From a virus, in IMG/VR virus record IMGVR_UViG_3300006802_000089, positions 1 to 64,000 of that record: 64,000 nucleotides of DNA; one strand, 5' to 3'. Positions 19,003 to 29,716 of this stretch are shown one piece after another (the stretch's first letter is position 1; every line of letters begins with the position of its first letter). The notes under the pieces are model-generated. The model was not told the origin of the DNA. It made no database searches and worked only from the letters and a program-made list of their open reading frames with translations. The translations under genes were made by a program, and so were the position numbers.

Positions 19003-19322
19003 TTGCGTTTAGTTTTATTTATGATATTTTGTTTGCTTTGAGCGGTAGTTCTTTTTTTACGAGGAGTATTTTTCTTTTTGGTTTCTAGATCTGCAACTTT
19101 CTTTTTGTTTGCAGTTGCTTTTTTCTTAACCGCTTCTTTTTCTTCTGTTACTCGTTCTATTTTACCTTTTAATTTGTTTATTTCCGCATTGTTATCTTTT
19201 AACTTCTCTTCAGTTTTTTCTAGTTTACGTTTACTAGATAATTTGAATACGGAAATAATCAGCATGAATAATCCTATTGCTACTGCAGTTATCACTTTCC
19301 AATATCGTTTAATCGTTTTCAT
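18999..19322 (-). CDS. Membrane-anchored coiled-coil protein, possible inner spanin
   Basis: N-terminal TM helix followed by Lys-rich coiled coil. Confidence 0.4.
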   Translation of the reverse strand: MKTIKRYWKVITAVAIGLFMLIISVFKLSSKRKLEKTEEKLKDNNAEINKLKGKIERVTEEKEAVKKKATANKKKVADLETKKKNTPRKKRTTAQSKQNIINKTKRK

Positions 19323-19968
19323 TTGGTTTAGTCCTTTTGTCTAATTCTTGTAAAAATTCTTTTTTATATTCGTCAAATCCTTTTTGCACTTTTTCTTCGA
19401 ACTCTTCTGCAGTCATATGTGCTTGTATGTCTTCGGTTAATCCGTCAGAATTAACTACAACTTTAGATGCTTCGGTATAAGCTTTTTTAAGCATTTCTAC
19501 ATCTTTCTCTGCATCACGAAGCCATGAAAGTGCATTTGCTCGAACTTTGGCTTTTGCATATTCTTGATACTTGCCTTCTTTTTTGAGTTCATGCTCCATT
19601 TCTATGGTACAATCAAAACACATTCCGTTAGCTTTACGCATTGTTTCATCTAATGGATGTGGTTTTAAGCAAGTGCATGTGTCTTTTCGACAGTTTGGAA
19701 AAGATCTGATATAATCACGTGCTTGTTGCAACGCATCGGAATTTTTTGATTTTCGTATGCGAAATCCGTCTCGTTGTTCTACAATGGTAACTAGTCCTGT
19801 AACTGGATCTGTTTCTTCCCAGATATCTCCAACTGCATGAGTTTCTGCTTTTTTGGCTGCGGATTTTGCGTCTGAAAATCCTATGCTTTTTTTGGTTTGA
19901 AACTTGTGGGTGCCATCAATCATTTGTTGAATGGCTTTGATGTTTTGTAACTTGTTCTTTTTTGCCAT
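19309..19968 (-). CDS. Hypothetical protein with Cys cluster (C...C, GMCFDC)
   Basis: 219-aa ORF. Confidence 0.6.
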   Translation of the reverse strand: MAKKNKLQNIKAIQQMIDGTHKFQTKKSIGFSDAKSAAKKAETHAVGDIWEETDPVTGLVTIVEQRDGFRIRKSKNSDALQQARDYIRSFPNCRKDTCTCLKPHPLDETMRKANGMCFDCTIEMEHELKKEGKYQEYAKAKVRANALSWLRDAEKDVEMLKKAYTEASKVVVNSDGLTEDIQAHMTAEEFEEKVQKGFDEYKKEFLQELDKRTKPNEND

Positions 19969-19983
19969 ATATTGTTTTGTTAT

Positions 19984-20883
19984 TTACGCCATATCTTCTG
20001 CAGAGCTTGGATCTACATTTATTTGTTTATTGCTAAACAATCCGTTATTCTGCATCCATATGATAATATCTCTTCTCATATCAGTCTTACTAACTTCTTC
20101 ACCAGTTTTAGCTTCAATTTGTTGTATTGTATTTTTTAAAATATTTAACATTACAGCTGTTGCTTTTTCTTCTGGTTGTGGTTGATTAATTAATCGACTG
20201 ATTAATAACTCTTGGAATTGTGCAACAGGTCCTTTTTCTGCTTGTAATTGAGCATCAGGATCTCCTGCTTCACCGGTTTCAGTGCCATCTAGTGTTGGTG
20301 CATCTGCTGGAGCTTCTGGAGTTGGTGCATCTGCTGGTGTTGGTGTTTCTGGTGTTGTTGCGGCTGCGGGTGCTTCTGGAGCTGCAGTTGGTTCGGGAAT
20401 CGGCTCTGGTGCAGGTTCTGCTGCTACTGGCTCTTCTTCTGTTTCTTCTGCTTGTTCTCGAATCATGATTGCAATTTTTCTGCGAACATATTCTCTGATT
20501 AATCGTTCTTTATTTGATTCAGACAAACGATTTACTCGCTCTTGCAATTTTTCTTCATTTTCTGGCTTTACCATGCTATTAGTAATTGCGCCATGATCGA
20601 TTCGTTCTAATTTTTCCAAGAATCCGTCAGTATCTTCAATCTGAAGTTTGTCAAACAATTTTCTTGCATGCTCTGCAGAATATTCTCCTTCTTCTATTTT
20701 TTTGTATAAACGATCTTTGATTTCTGGTACCATGTTTTCTATGTTGTCAATGACATTAGTAGCATATTTTCTAGGTACATTTGGTTGAACGCCTTTTACA
20801 CCACCAGGAACCATGTTAGGGGCATCTTCTGCTGTGTAATCCTTCATGTCTTTGCGTGTTTCTGCTTTCAGTGACTTTGCCAT
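19984..20883 (-). CDS. Pro/Ala/Glu-rich putative internal head protein (true start may be ~20924 across a frameshift)
   Basis: LQE, LSE, LIRE, MIREQ sites; PAPEP linker; late motif upstream. Confidence 0.55.
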   Translation of the reverse strand: MAKSLKAETRKDMKDYTAEDAPNMVPGGVKGVQPNVPRKYATNVIDNIENMVPEIKDRLYKKIEEGEYSAEHARKLFDKLQIEDTDGFLEKLERIDHGAITNSMVKPENEEKLQERVNRLSESNKERLIREYVRRKIAIMIREQAEETEEEPVAAEPAPEPIPEPTAAPEAPAAATTPETPTPADAPTPEAPADAPTLDGTETGEAGDPDAQLQAEKGPVAQFQELLISRLINQPQPEEKATAVMLNILKNTIQQIEAKTGEEVSKTDMRRDIIIWMQNNGLFSNKQINVDPSSAEDMA

Positions 20884-20951
20884 GTCTTTTGATGCTTTGT
20901 AGTTGCTCTTATGTTTTCAGCCATCTTTTTTCTTTATTTTATATATAAATA

Positions 20952-22970
20952 TTACCTACTGTATTTATAGGCTCCTAAAAGTTGATTTACTGGTGCAAAT
21001 GATCCGGTTAATTTGTATGTGTTTCCTCCGTATGTGAACACGATACCTTCTAACGGAACAATTTTTTCGAATCCTCCTAATGCTTCTATTCTGCTTAAAT
21101 GTTTTTGTAACAAATCCAAATGTTTTATATCATTGCTGGATTTCAACATGTTGATTGCTGCAGTTAGCTCTGAACGTATATCCTGAACTGCTTTGTCTGG
21201 ATTAACTGCTAAGAAGTTTTTGACATTCTGAAGTATGAGTGCTCCTAGTTTTAAAAAGATACTTTCGAATGGTTGTATGTTTTCATATTGTATCTTTTTT
21301 AGTTCTGCAGGATTATCCGTTTGAATTACCCATTCTTTGAATGCTTCATTATCAATTGACTTTGTTAGTGCTGTTTTGTTTAATGATTTGTCTGCTATAG
21401 ACCATCTGCGAACAAGTGCATTAACTATGTCTTCTGGAACATCGGCTCCTAACTCTTTTGCTTTAGCTTCAATCAATTCTTTCCACCAGGATCTGTGATA
21501 TTCAAAAACTAAATCAGTTTCTGCTAATCCGTAACGTGTTCTGAGTTGATCAACTTCTTTGAATAACGCATCTTGATAATCTTCAAATTGATCTACTTGT
21601 CCTAGTTTTAATTCGCGAGGTGGTATAATTTGAAATGTTTTTTGCAGATGAGCATTTGCATCTTGTATTGCTCTTTGCAGTTCAGATCCACCTGGCATAT
21701 CAGTCATTACTTCATTTCCGTCGGCATCATATTCTACCAGATTATGAAATTGTAGAACCGCAGTTTCATATGCAATAACATTTTTAGTTTCTGGATATAT
21801 GATTTCCATGTTAGCATACACAGATCCGTTTTTAAATATTTCATTTAAACGAGCTTCGCCTAGTTTCGAAAGTGCTGCATTTAAATCTTGACCGGCTTCT
21901 CGAAATGCATCAGATATAGCACCACGTCCTGCAAATTTTTCTGCTAATGCTTCTGCTGATAAAGGATTTTTTCTTTCTCCCTTATTACGTGCAAATCCTA
22001 CTTGTCCGTCTTTGTATGTTACAAATATGTTTTGTCCGTCTGTTTTTTCAGTTACTGCTTGTTCTACGTCTAATCGTCCTGTTAATCCTCGTGCTATAAT
22101 TTCTTTCATGTCGTTGAAAGTTAAATCATAACGATCATAAGGATGATTCATATGTCCACCTAATCCTCCTTCATTCAAAGGAACGCCGAAAATAGTTTTG
22201 CTAAAATTTCCAAAATCATAAACAAATTCTTTGCCACTGTTTTTATTTAAGAATCCTCTTAATTTTTTAATTTTTTTGGCATGAGCCTGTGTTTGTTTTT
22301 TAGTTGGGTATCCTCCACCCATTACTTCATTAACATCTTCTTCAAGTTGTTGTTTCCACCAATTCACAGAAAACAAAGTTTCTGTAATATCTGTTTCTGG
22401 TGTTTCGGGTGTGTCAAATATCTGCCAAACATTTTTTACATAAGCTTCATCATATTGTGGATATTGTTGTGCGAATTTTTCGTAATTTCCAGATGCAATT
22501 GCTTCACGTGCTGCGGTGGCAGAAATAGGTTTACCATTGCTTGTTAACGGATCTACCATCACATTGAGTTCTTCTGCATTGATATCTGCAGGTATTTTAC
22601 GTCCGTTTTTATCTCCAATTTGCTGATATTTTTCTACGTTGCTTATGAATCCTTTTACTCGAACATAGTCGTTATCTTTGTTAGATGCAGCCAATGCATA
22701 TGATCCGCCTGGCGCATTAAACAAGTATTCATATGCTGACAATATTGGACTTGGATATGGAGTTGGTTGTATTTCAATTTTAGAATTATCATTCAGCAAT
22801 CTGAAAATATCTATGCTGTTTTCTCTAGTTACTCCTGGTCTTGAATTAGGCCCTATCAGCATGATCACTTTGCTTACTGCCGGATGATTGGCATACTGAT
22901 TTGCAAGATGCATATGAGCTCCGGTGATAGGCTTGAACCCTCCAGGAAATAAAACAGTTACGTTGTTCAT
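20952..22970 (-). CDS. Cytidylyltransferase-like (HIGH) domain fused to ATP-dependent ligase-like nucleotidyltransferase domain
   Basis: N-terminal FPGGFKPITGAH and ISAT..R; C-terminal EKTDGQN (motif I), EGIVF (IV), YKLTG (V). Confidence 0.7.
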   Translation of the reverse strand: MNNVTVLFPGGFKPITGAHMHLANQYANHPAVSKVIMLIGPNSRPGVTRENSIDIFRLLNDNSKIEIQPTPYPSPILSAYEYLFNAPGGSYALAASNKDNDYVRVKGFISNVEKYQQIGDKNGRKIPADINAEELNVMVDPLTSNGKPISATAAREAIASGNYEKFAQQYPQYDEAYVKNVWQIFDTPETPETDITETLFSVNWWKQQLEEDVNEVMGGGYPTKKQTQAHAKKIKKLRGFLNKNSGKEFVYDFGNFSKTIFGVPLNEGGLGGHMNHPYDRYDLTFNDMKEIIARGLTGRLDVEQAVTEKTDGQNIFVTYKDGQVGFARNKGERKNPLSAEALAEKFAGRGAISDAFREAGQDLNAALSKLGEARLNEIFKNGSVYANMEIIYPETKNVIAYETAVLQFHNLVEYDADGNEVMTDMPGGSELQRAIQDANAHLQKTFQIIPPRELKLGQVDQFEDYQDALFKEVDQLRTRYGLAETDLVFEYHRSWWKELIEAKAKELGADVPEDIVNALVRRWSIADKSLNKTALTKSIDNEAFKEWVIQTDNPAELKKIQYENIQPFESIFLKLGALILQNVKNFLAVNPDKAVQDIRSELTAAINMLKSSNDIKHLDLLQKHLSRIEALGGFEKIVPLEGIVFTYGGNTYKLTGSFAPVNQLLGAYKYSR

Positions 22971-23001
22971 TCGTTTTCTTTATATATAAATATTGTTATA
23001 A

Positions 23002-25584
23002 TTATAATTGCGCAAACTTTCTACCGGTAGTTATTGCTAGATCTTGTATTCTAAAATTAACGCCTGAAGATGCACTTAGTGCTAATCGATATCTAGATAA
23101 TCCTCCGGATCCTATAACAGATCCTGTAATTTGTCCGGTAAACGTAGCATTTAAACTAGCTCCTCCATGTCTTACTTTAAACGCTTCATAATATTGTAAA
23201 GCACTCCATGTACCATATCCAGTACTATTTTCTACTCCGATTAAAACACTTCCAGTTCCCGGTCCTAATGAAAGATTAAATGCGGAATCAATCCTCATTA
23301 CATCTTCACCATTTAAAATTTTTGTAAAAAATATTTCTCCTACATCAGATTGAGTTCCGGTTACTGAAAATATGCTACCCGTTGCATATATATGACGTCC
23401 AACATTGTATCCGTCTGCATATCCGGTTGCTGTATCTAACATTACAAGTCCATTAGTAGAATCTACTGCCATAAAAGCAGATGCGGTTACATCGCCGGCC
23501 GGCGTTAAATGAAATCCACTTCCGGATATTTCAATGTTTCCTCCACTACCAGATATAAATACTGTGTTAGGATCTCCCAGAAAGAAATTTTGTGTTGCAA
23601 CATACAATTCATCGTCAGACGTAGAATATCGAAAATAGCTGGATGTATTTAAAAATAATTCTAATCCTACACCGCTGTATGGTATTCCGCCTTTCGTGTT
23701 GAATCCTGGCAAGGCACTTCCGCTCCATAGCAAGAATCCTGGATCTCCAACTTCAAATCCACTATATCCTAGTGATCTAACAAATCCTGTGTCGGTTAAT
23801 CCGCTGATTGCGATACCCGATTCCAATGTGTTTGCAACATACAAAGAACCGGTAATCATGGAATAATCGCCGTCTATGTATCTGTTGCCTCCTTGCCAAG
23901 TTAAATTGTTTTTGTAACTGATCAGTTTGCTACGTTCGCCGGCAACGTTGTAATATTCTATTTTAAAAGAAAGCTGATTACCTGATTTGTGTTTGGTTGG
24001 TATTTCGGTTCTAAATCTAGTATAATTTGGTGTATAACCAGGATCGTTGTCTGTTGTGGTTCTGATATCAGAAAAATACCATTCTCCAGCTTCTATAACA
24101 AATAGCAATACTCCGTTGCCGTTTCGATCTGCACGGAAATAAAAAGTTTGATCGTCTATTCGTTGAGATTCAGATCGTATTTCTAATTCGCCAATTGGTT
24201 TTCCAACTTTAACTGGTAATTCCTGATTATAATAGTCTGCGGTAGCATAATTAAATGCACTACCACTCATGTAAGCATATACTTTTGGATTCTGATTGTT
24301 ACTTGTTGCATTGCGAAATGCTCGAGCGTCAAATGTAACTTTGTATTGAGAATCTGCAATAAATTTTCCTGCTACAGATGAAGAAACTTGTAACACATAC
24401 ACATCGTTTTTTCTGGGTATATTTACTGCAGGTACAACTCTTATTGAATTATTTAATGATCCGATATTTCTGGCTAATGCAGGTGCAGTAGTTTCAGTAC
24501 GTCCTAAGTATGTATGACTTTCCCAATATGTGTCTATAGTAGCTTGATCTACAATTGAACCTATATTAACATATGGATCTACACTTGAAGTTGAAGGAAC
24601 AAATATTTGTGTTTCTTCTAATGCTATATCATTTACTAATTCATATGTTCCTACAGTGCCTTTTCCAGAAGCATACACTTTGATTTGACTTACGTCTCCC
24701 GATGCAGGGTCTAATCCTTCTATTTCTACATATGCAAATGATTCAGAATTTTGTGTTGGTGTATACGTCGGAGTAGCTTCATAATCGATAGTATATGCAG
24801 ATGGTCCGAAACTATTGTATGTGTGCGAAAATATGCTTTGACTCGAAAATACTGTGTAAGCAGAAGTTAATTCTATTGCAGTCGACGATAACACTTTTTT
24901 AATAGTGCTGGTATAAGTATTATTGCTTATCGAGTATCTGGGTGTAGGAGATGGATTGTTTGGCGAAGCAACTGTGAGTGTGCCTCCTACCATATCTCCG
25001 GTAAATGTTCCTCCGTCTACTACTATCACAGGAGTAAAATTTTGATTGGTAAATGTTATGGTTCCTGCAGAATATGTTGGAAATTGACCGGATGTATATG
25101 TTCGATTCAGTTGTACACCTACTTGTTCCGAAATACGTATAGTAGGTTCTGTTTCGAATATTATTTCTGAAACATTAGCAATAGTTGGATTAACTGCTAT
25201 GCTTCTGGTCCATTTAACGTTTGGTTTATTGCGCCATTCTGCAGGAACATTTCGAAGTGTGCTTAGTAGTGTTACTGTTGCATCGCCTGGAGAAGTATCT
25301 TCATAAATATAAATTACTATGACACGTGCTTTGTCTTCATCTATATAATTTGCAAGTATTTCAGAATATATAGGATCGCCGTTATAATCTAAAACTTCAA
25401 CTGATATCAAAGAATTAGGCTGAAGAACGTTTTCTCGTCCTCTGAATTTTATAACGTTTTTTCCTGCAGTTAATCTTTCCGGAAATTCTGTTATAACAAA
25501 AACATCGGGTGACGTTAAGCTGTTGTCGGTTTGAAATGTGGGAGTATTAATAAATCCTCTGTAAACTGCAGTTTTCTGTTGCAT
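23002..25584 (-). CDS. Large beta-rich tail/baseplate structural protein
   Basis: 860 aa, Thr/Ser/Gly-rich, FISGSGGNIEIS fibre motif, late motif upstream. Confidence 0.55.
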   Translation of the reverse strand: MQQKTAVYRGFINTPTFQTDNSLTSPDVFVITEFPERLTAGKNVIKFRGRENVLQPNSLISVEVLDYNGDPIYSEILANYIDEDKARVIVIYIYEDTSPGDATVTLLSTLRNVPAEWRNKPNVKWTRSIAVNPTIANVSEIIFETEPTIRISEQVGVQLNRTYTSGQFPTYSAGTITFTNQNFTPVIVVDGGTFTGDMVGGTLTVASPNNPSPTPRYSISNNTYTSTIKKVLSSTAIELTSAYTVFSSQSIFSHTYNSFGPSAYTIDYEATPTYTPTQNSESFAYVEIEGLDPASGDVSQIKVYASGKGTVGTYELVNDIALEETQIFVPSTSSVDPYVNIGSIVDQATIDTYWESHTYLGRTETTAPALARNIGSLNNSIRVVPAVNIPRKNDVYVLQVSSSVAGKFIADSQYKVTFDARAFRNATSNNQNPKVYAYMSGSAFNYATADYYNQELPVKVGKPIGELEIRSESQRIDDQTFYFRADRNGNGVLLFVIEAGEWYFSDIRTTTDNDPGYTPNYTRFRTEIPTKHKSGNQLSFKIEYYNVAGERSKLISYKNNLTWQGGNRYIDGDYSMITGSLYVANTLESGIAISGLTDTGFVRSLGYSGFEVGDPGFLLWSGSALPGFNTKGGIPYSGVGLELFLNTSSYFRYSTSDDELYVATQNFFLGDPNTVFISGSGGNIEISGSGFHLTPAGDVTASAFMAVDSTNGLVMLDTATGYADGYNVGRHIYATGSIFSVTGTQSDVGEIFFTKILNGEDVMRIDSAFNLSLGPGTGSVLIGVENSTGYGTWSALQYYEAFKVRHGGASLNATFTGQITGSVIGSGGLSRYRLALSASSGVNFRIQDLAITTGRKFAQL

Positions 25585-25610
25585 CTTATACTTGCATTTT
25601 TATATAAATA

Positions 25611-28600
25611 TCAAGTATGTAATATATGGCTGAATCCATCAATCTTGTTAACTTCTAACAGATTGTCTACCATATCTCGCATAGAATCTACATGAGAAAT
25701 AATAATAGAGAAATCAAATTTGGTTCTGAGATATTCAAACAAATTGATAACTGATGATATGTGTTCTGCATCCAAACTACCCCATCCTTCATCAATTGCA
25801 ATGAAATTTGGACGTGGCAGAGCTGAAACATTGATAAGACCGATGCGAATCGCTAGGCTTGAAATAAATCTTTCCATTCCACTGCTTAATTCTAACGGCC
25901 AAGTGTTTTGTTCATCATAAATAATATATCCGTTGATATTTTTACCATCCGTATGCAACACTATGTTAAAATCTACTATCTGATCCAATACATTGTTTAT
26001 TTCAGATTCAATTTTTGGAATTGCCATAGCAACTAAATCATATGGAACACCGTTTCGACTAACTGATTTTAAATAGTATTCAAACGCGCGATATTCCGTT
26101 TCCAATATTTTATACTTTTCAAGTTGTTCTAATGCATGTTTCTTTTTGGTTCGAGCAACTTCTATCTCTCCATGCTTAGCTTTTATCTGATTAGCAATAG
26201 TTTTTAATTGAGTGTTTTTAGTTTCAATTTCAGATTTTATGCTTTGAATCTGTTCGTCTATACGCGCGTTAGTTTCAATAGCCGTTTTATTTTTATGAAA
26301 TTGTTCTTGACGTTCATTGCATGTTTCCAATTCAGATTCTTTGGTTTGTAAATCATTTTCTATGATTTGCAGTTGCAATTCTTCTCGTTCTTTTTGTTGT
26401 TTCAATGTAGCAATCTCAGAATGTATGGATTCGGCTGTTTGTAGATCTTCAACATGTTGTTGCAATGCATCAATTGAATCTTGTTGAGTGTTTAATGTGG
26501 TTGTTAGTTCTTGTAATAAACGTTGATCCGCTCCAATTTCACTCTGGGCTTTGTATGCATCTTGAACAAAAACGTTAGATCTGCAGTACTTGCAATCGGG
26601 GTCATATTCATGTTGCGATAAATGTTTGATCTTTTTTTGTTTCGTCTCAATCTCTCTGTTAACATGTTTAATTTTCGTACTTGTTTCATTGTGTTGTTCC
26701 TGCACTTGTTGATATGCTTTTGACTGTGCTGTTAAAAAATTAACATCGAATGTTGCATATTCTGTTTGTTTTGTTTTTATGCTATTGCCGTATGTTTCAA
26801 TAGTTGTTTCTTTTTTAGTAATCTGATCTTGTAATGATTCTATGTTTTCAATCAATCCGTTTTCAGTTTCTTCTAGTTTTTTAATACTAGGGCCTTCATA
26901 CGTAGTAGGCAGTTTGGATTCGATCAGTTCTAATATTTTGTTTTGTAAATCATTTCTTTGCTCAGAATGTATAGACTCTGAAGCTTCGCATGAAATGATA
27001 ACATCTTTGTTTTGATTTATTATGTTTTCTGACTGTGTTATTATTTCAGCAAAGTCCGTTTTCTTGTATTCTCGTAATTTTCCTGCAGTTTCTTTGATGT
27101 CGTCATTTGCTAACTGATATATTTGTTCAAACACAGTTATATCTAAAAACTGAGACAATAAATCTTTTCTTTCTCGCTGAGACTTGTCAATAAAGTTGTT
27201 GCTGTCTGATTGCAATGAAAATGCAGTTAATATAAAATCGTCATATGTTCCAAGATATTTTCTGATATTTTTATTTGTTTCACTGCGCTCTTCTCCGTTT
27301 AAATTTTCTGCATCAGTATAAAAATTAACATTCACTTTAACGTGTCCGTTTTTTTGTTTTATGCCTTCACGTTGTATGGTGTATTCCGTGTTGTTGATTG
27401 AAAATTTAAATTCTCCTCGAAACCCAGATTTCTGTGTGTTTAACACTTCTCCTGCTTTGCCTGTTTTGCTGCACTTGTCAAATATAGTGTATGTTATTGC
27501 ATCTAATAAACTGGATTTTCCTGATGTGTTTGGTGCAAATAATCCGGTTACATCAGATATTTTTGTGAAGTCAATTGAATTATTTTCTCCGTATGAAAAC
27601 ATGTTTTCAAACTCAAATGATATCGGAGTCCATGTGACGTGTCTAACAGATTCTAGTGCCGGTAATTTGCTGTTGATTGTTCGATTGATATGTCTAACTG
27701 CATCTAGTTCTTCAGCGGTAATATCCGGACTATTGTTTTGCAAATAATCAGTTATCAAGGTGTTTTGATATTCAACATCTCGCACATTTCCTATGCTAAT
27801 ATTTGCAGATCCGTTAGCAGTATTCGCACTGTTGCTGCGTTGAATTGAAATGTCTTGTACTTGATATTTTGAACGCAGAGTTGTTATGAATTTCTTCATG
27901 TCTGCGGCATCTGTATTGTTGAATTTAACTCGTACGCGTGGTTTATTTGGCATACGTTTTGGTGCTGCAGTTATGCTTGTTCCTTCTGTTTCAAACGTAA
28001 CATAACCGTAATCATTATGTATCTGCATGAAGTCGGCTGTTCTGTTTGCCAAGTCCCATCTGAGTATTCCGTGATCCAAAGACTCTCCGTGATTTTGTTG
28101 TATGAGTGACCCTGGATATTTGATTAATGGTTTTTTGACTCCTTCGGCTACGTGATATGTTTGCAACGTTTGATCTGCTTTATGAATATCTCCAAGCAAA
28201 ACCAAATCATGTCCGTCAAATATATCTGTTTTTACATGTTCATTGGATATTTCATATCCTATATCAGTTTTAGCAGAATGCACTGCCCCGTGATGCAATG
28301 CAATTTTATATTTATCAGATTTAATGTCGGCAGCTTTAATGTAATGTTCTGGTGCTACGTCTACTGCCATGTGATTGAACAACACGTTTCCTATTTCATA
28401 TACTGCATTTTCTTTTATGAAATGCACATTAGGATTTTGCAACATGTCCAACACCGGGGACAATGCATCTATTCGGTGCATGTTGTTCAGATTCATGTCA
28501 TGATTACCTAGTATAACTATGGTAGGTATAGTAAACATGTTGAAAAATTCAGTTAGCATTTGTATGAGTTCTGGACTCATATCCAATTTGCTGTGAACTA

Positions 28601-28778
28601 TATCCCCGGTAATCACACAACAACTTGTATCAGTTGCGTGCTGTGAAATTTCTATCATCATGTTTTCGAATACTTCTCGATATTCACGATGTCGTTTAAG
28701 TGTGCGGATATGCACATCACTTATATGAAATATATCCGATATTGTTTCTATTCCAATATCTAAACGTTTTATTTCCAT
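25611..28778 (-). CDS. Fused Mre11/SbcD nuclease and Rad50/SbcC ATPase (gp47-gp46-like)
   Basis: SDVH, GDIVH, GNHD, HHG, GDIH phosphoesterase motifs; APNTSGKS Walker A, CKYC zinc hook, SSGME signature, IDEGWGSLD Walker B, ISH. Confidence 0.92.
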   Translation of the reverse strand: MEIKRLDIGIETISDIFHISDVHIRTLKRHREYREVFENMMIEISQHATDTSCCVITGDIVHSKLDMSPELIQMLTEFFNMFTIPTIVILGNHDMNLNNMHRIDALSPVLDMLQNPNVHFIKENAVYEIGNVLFNHMAVDVAPEHYIKAADIKSDKYKIALHHGAVHSAKTDIGYEISNEHVKTDIFDGHDLVLLGDIHKADQTLQTYHVAEGVKKPLIKYPGSLIQQNHGESLDHGILRWDLANRTADFMQIHNDYGYVTFETEGTSITAAPKRMPNKPRVRVKFNNTDAADMKKFITTLRSKYQVQDISIQRSNSANTANGSANISIGNVRDVEYQNTLITDYLQNNSPDITAEELDAVRHINRTINSKLPALESVRHVTWTPISFEFENMFSYGENNSIDFTKISDVTGLFAPNTSGKSSLLDAITYTIFDKCSKTGKAGEVLNTQKSGFRGEFKFSINNTEYTIQREGIKQKNGHVKVNVNFYTDAENLNGEERSETNKNIRKYLGTYDDFILTAFSLQSDSNNFIDKSQRERKDLLSQFLDITVFEQIYQLANDDIKETAGKLREYKKTDFAEIITQSENIINQNKDVIISCEASESIHSEQRNDLQNKILELIESKLPTTYEGPSIKKLEETENGLIENIESLQDQITKKETTIETYGNSIKTKQTEYATFDVNFLTAQSKAYQQVQEQHNETSTKIKHVNREIETKQKKIKHLSQHEYDPDCKYCRSNVFVQDAYKAQSEIGADQRLLQELTTTLNTQQDSIDALQQHVEDLQTAESIHSEIATLKQQKEREELQLQIIENDLQTKESELETCNERQEQFHKNKTAIETNARIDEQIQSIKSEIETKNTQLKTIANQIKAKHGEIEVARTKKKHALEQLEKYKILETEYRAFEYYLKSVSRNGVPYDLVAMAIPKIESEINNVLDQIVDFNIVLHTDGKNINGYIIYDEQNTWPLELSSGMERFISSLAIRIGLINVSALPRPNFIAIDEGWGSLDAEHISSVINLFEYLRTKFDFSIIISHVDSMRDMVDNLLEVNKIDGFSHILHT

Positions 28779-29710
28779 AAAATACCCATCTGGTAATTAA
28801 TCATCGACTGAAACGTTAATTTGTCGGTTTCTGCGATTCGTTTCGTTATTTCTTCAAAACCTAACTCCGAAGCATCTTGTTCTTGTAAAGCTACAAAATA
28901 CACATTTAATCCTTCTTTCATGAATGTGTCAGCAATATCCAACGCATTGCGAATGGCATCACTATCCAAACAAATGTATATGTCTTGAACTCTTTTTTCT
29001 ATTAATTTTTTTCTTAGTGCCGGTTGTATTATTTTGCCGAACAGCGGCAGTGCATTTCTTTTTATTGCAATTGCATCAAAAGCTCCTTCACACAGTACCA
29101 CCGGCTCATTCCAATTGATCATCATTTCAAAACCTATTATGTCTTTTGACACTTTTGGATTCTTGTGTTTCTGCCAATCTGCCTGATAAAAAGCTCGACT
29201 AACAAAATAATTTAGTTGTCCGTCGGCATCATAGCTTGGAATAATTATTTTGCCGGAATATGCTCCTTCTTCACAATACCCAATACGATATCTGATAATA
29301 TCAAACACAGAAACGTTTCTGGATTTTAAATATGAAATAGCATTGCGATAATCCGGAGTATTCTTAGTTACCCAAAGTGGACGATATTCTGCCGGCAGTT
29401 GTAATATTTCTTTCTGAGTAACACTGTCGGTGTTTCGGAATTTAGATATTTTAATTATACGTTCTAATTCTTCGAACCTTTGTTTTGGCAGTTTTAATCT
29501 GGTAAACAAACTGTGAATACTACGACCTTTTTCATCAGAAATCCAACAGTGCCAAGCATTTTCTCCTTTGCTGGTAGTTTTAATATTGATTTCTAATTTT
29601 GGTTTGTAATGTGATTTGAACGGAGAAAAGAATGCTATGTTATCGCCTGAGGTTGTTTTACCTTTACCTAGAACAGATTCCAATAACTGTAGTAATCTTT
29701 GGTTTGCCAT
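28769..29710 (-). CDS. DNA primase (TOPRIM)
   Basis: YLKSR, IGYC, IIIP, R, K.KNP, CEGAFDA, LDSDA, DASE motifs; degenerate N-terminal Zn-binding domain. Confidence 0.88.
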   Translation of the reverse strand: MANQRLLQLLESVLGKGKTTSGDNIAFFSPFKSHYKPKLEINIKTTSKGENAWHCWISDEKGRSIHSLFTRLKLPKQRFEELERIIKISKFRNTDSVTQKEILQLPAEYRPLWVTKNTPDYRNAISYLKSRNVSVFDIIRYRIGYCEEGAYSGKIIIPSYDADGQLNYFVSRAFYQADWQKHKNPKVSKDIIGFEMMINWNEPVVLCEGAFDAIAIKRNALPLFGKIIQPALRKKLIEKRVQDIYICLDSDAIRNALDIADTFMKEGLNVYFVALQEQDASELGFEEITKRIAETDKLTFQSMINYQMGILWK

Positions 29711-29716
29711 ATTAAT

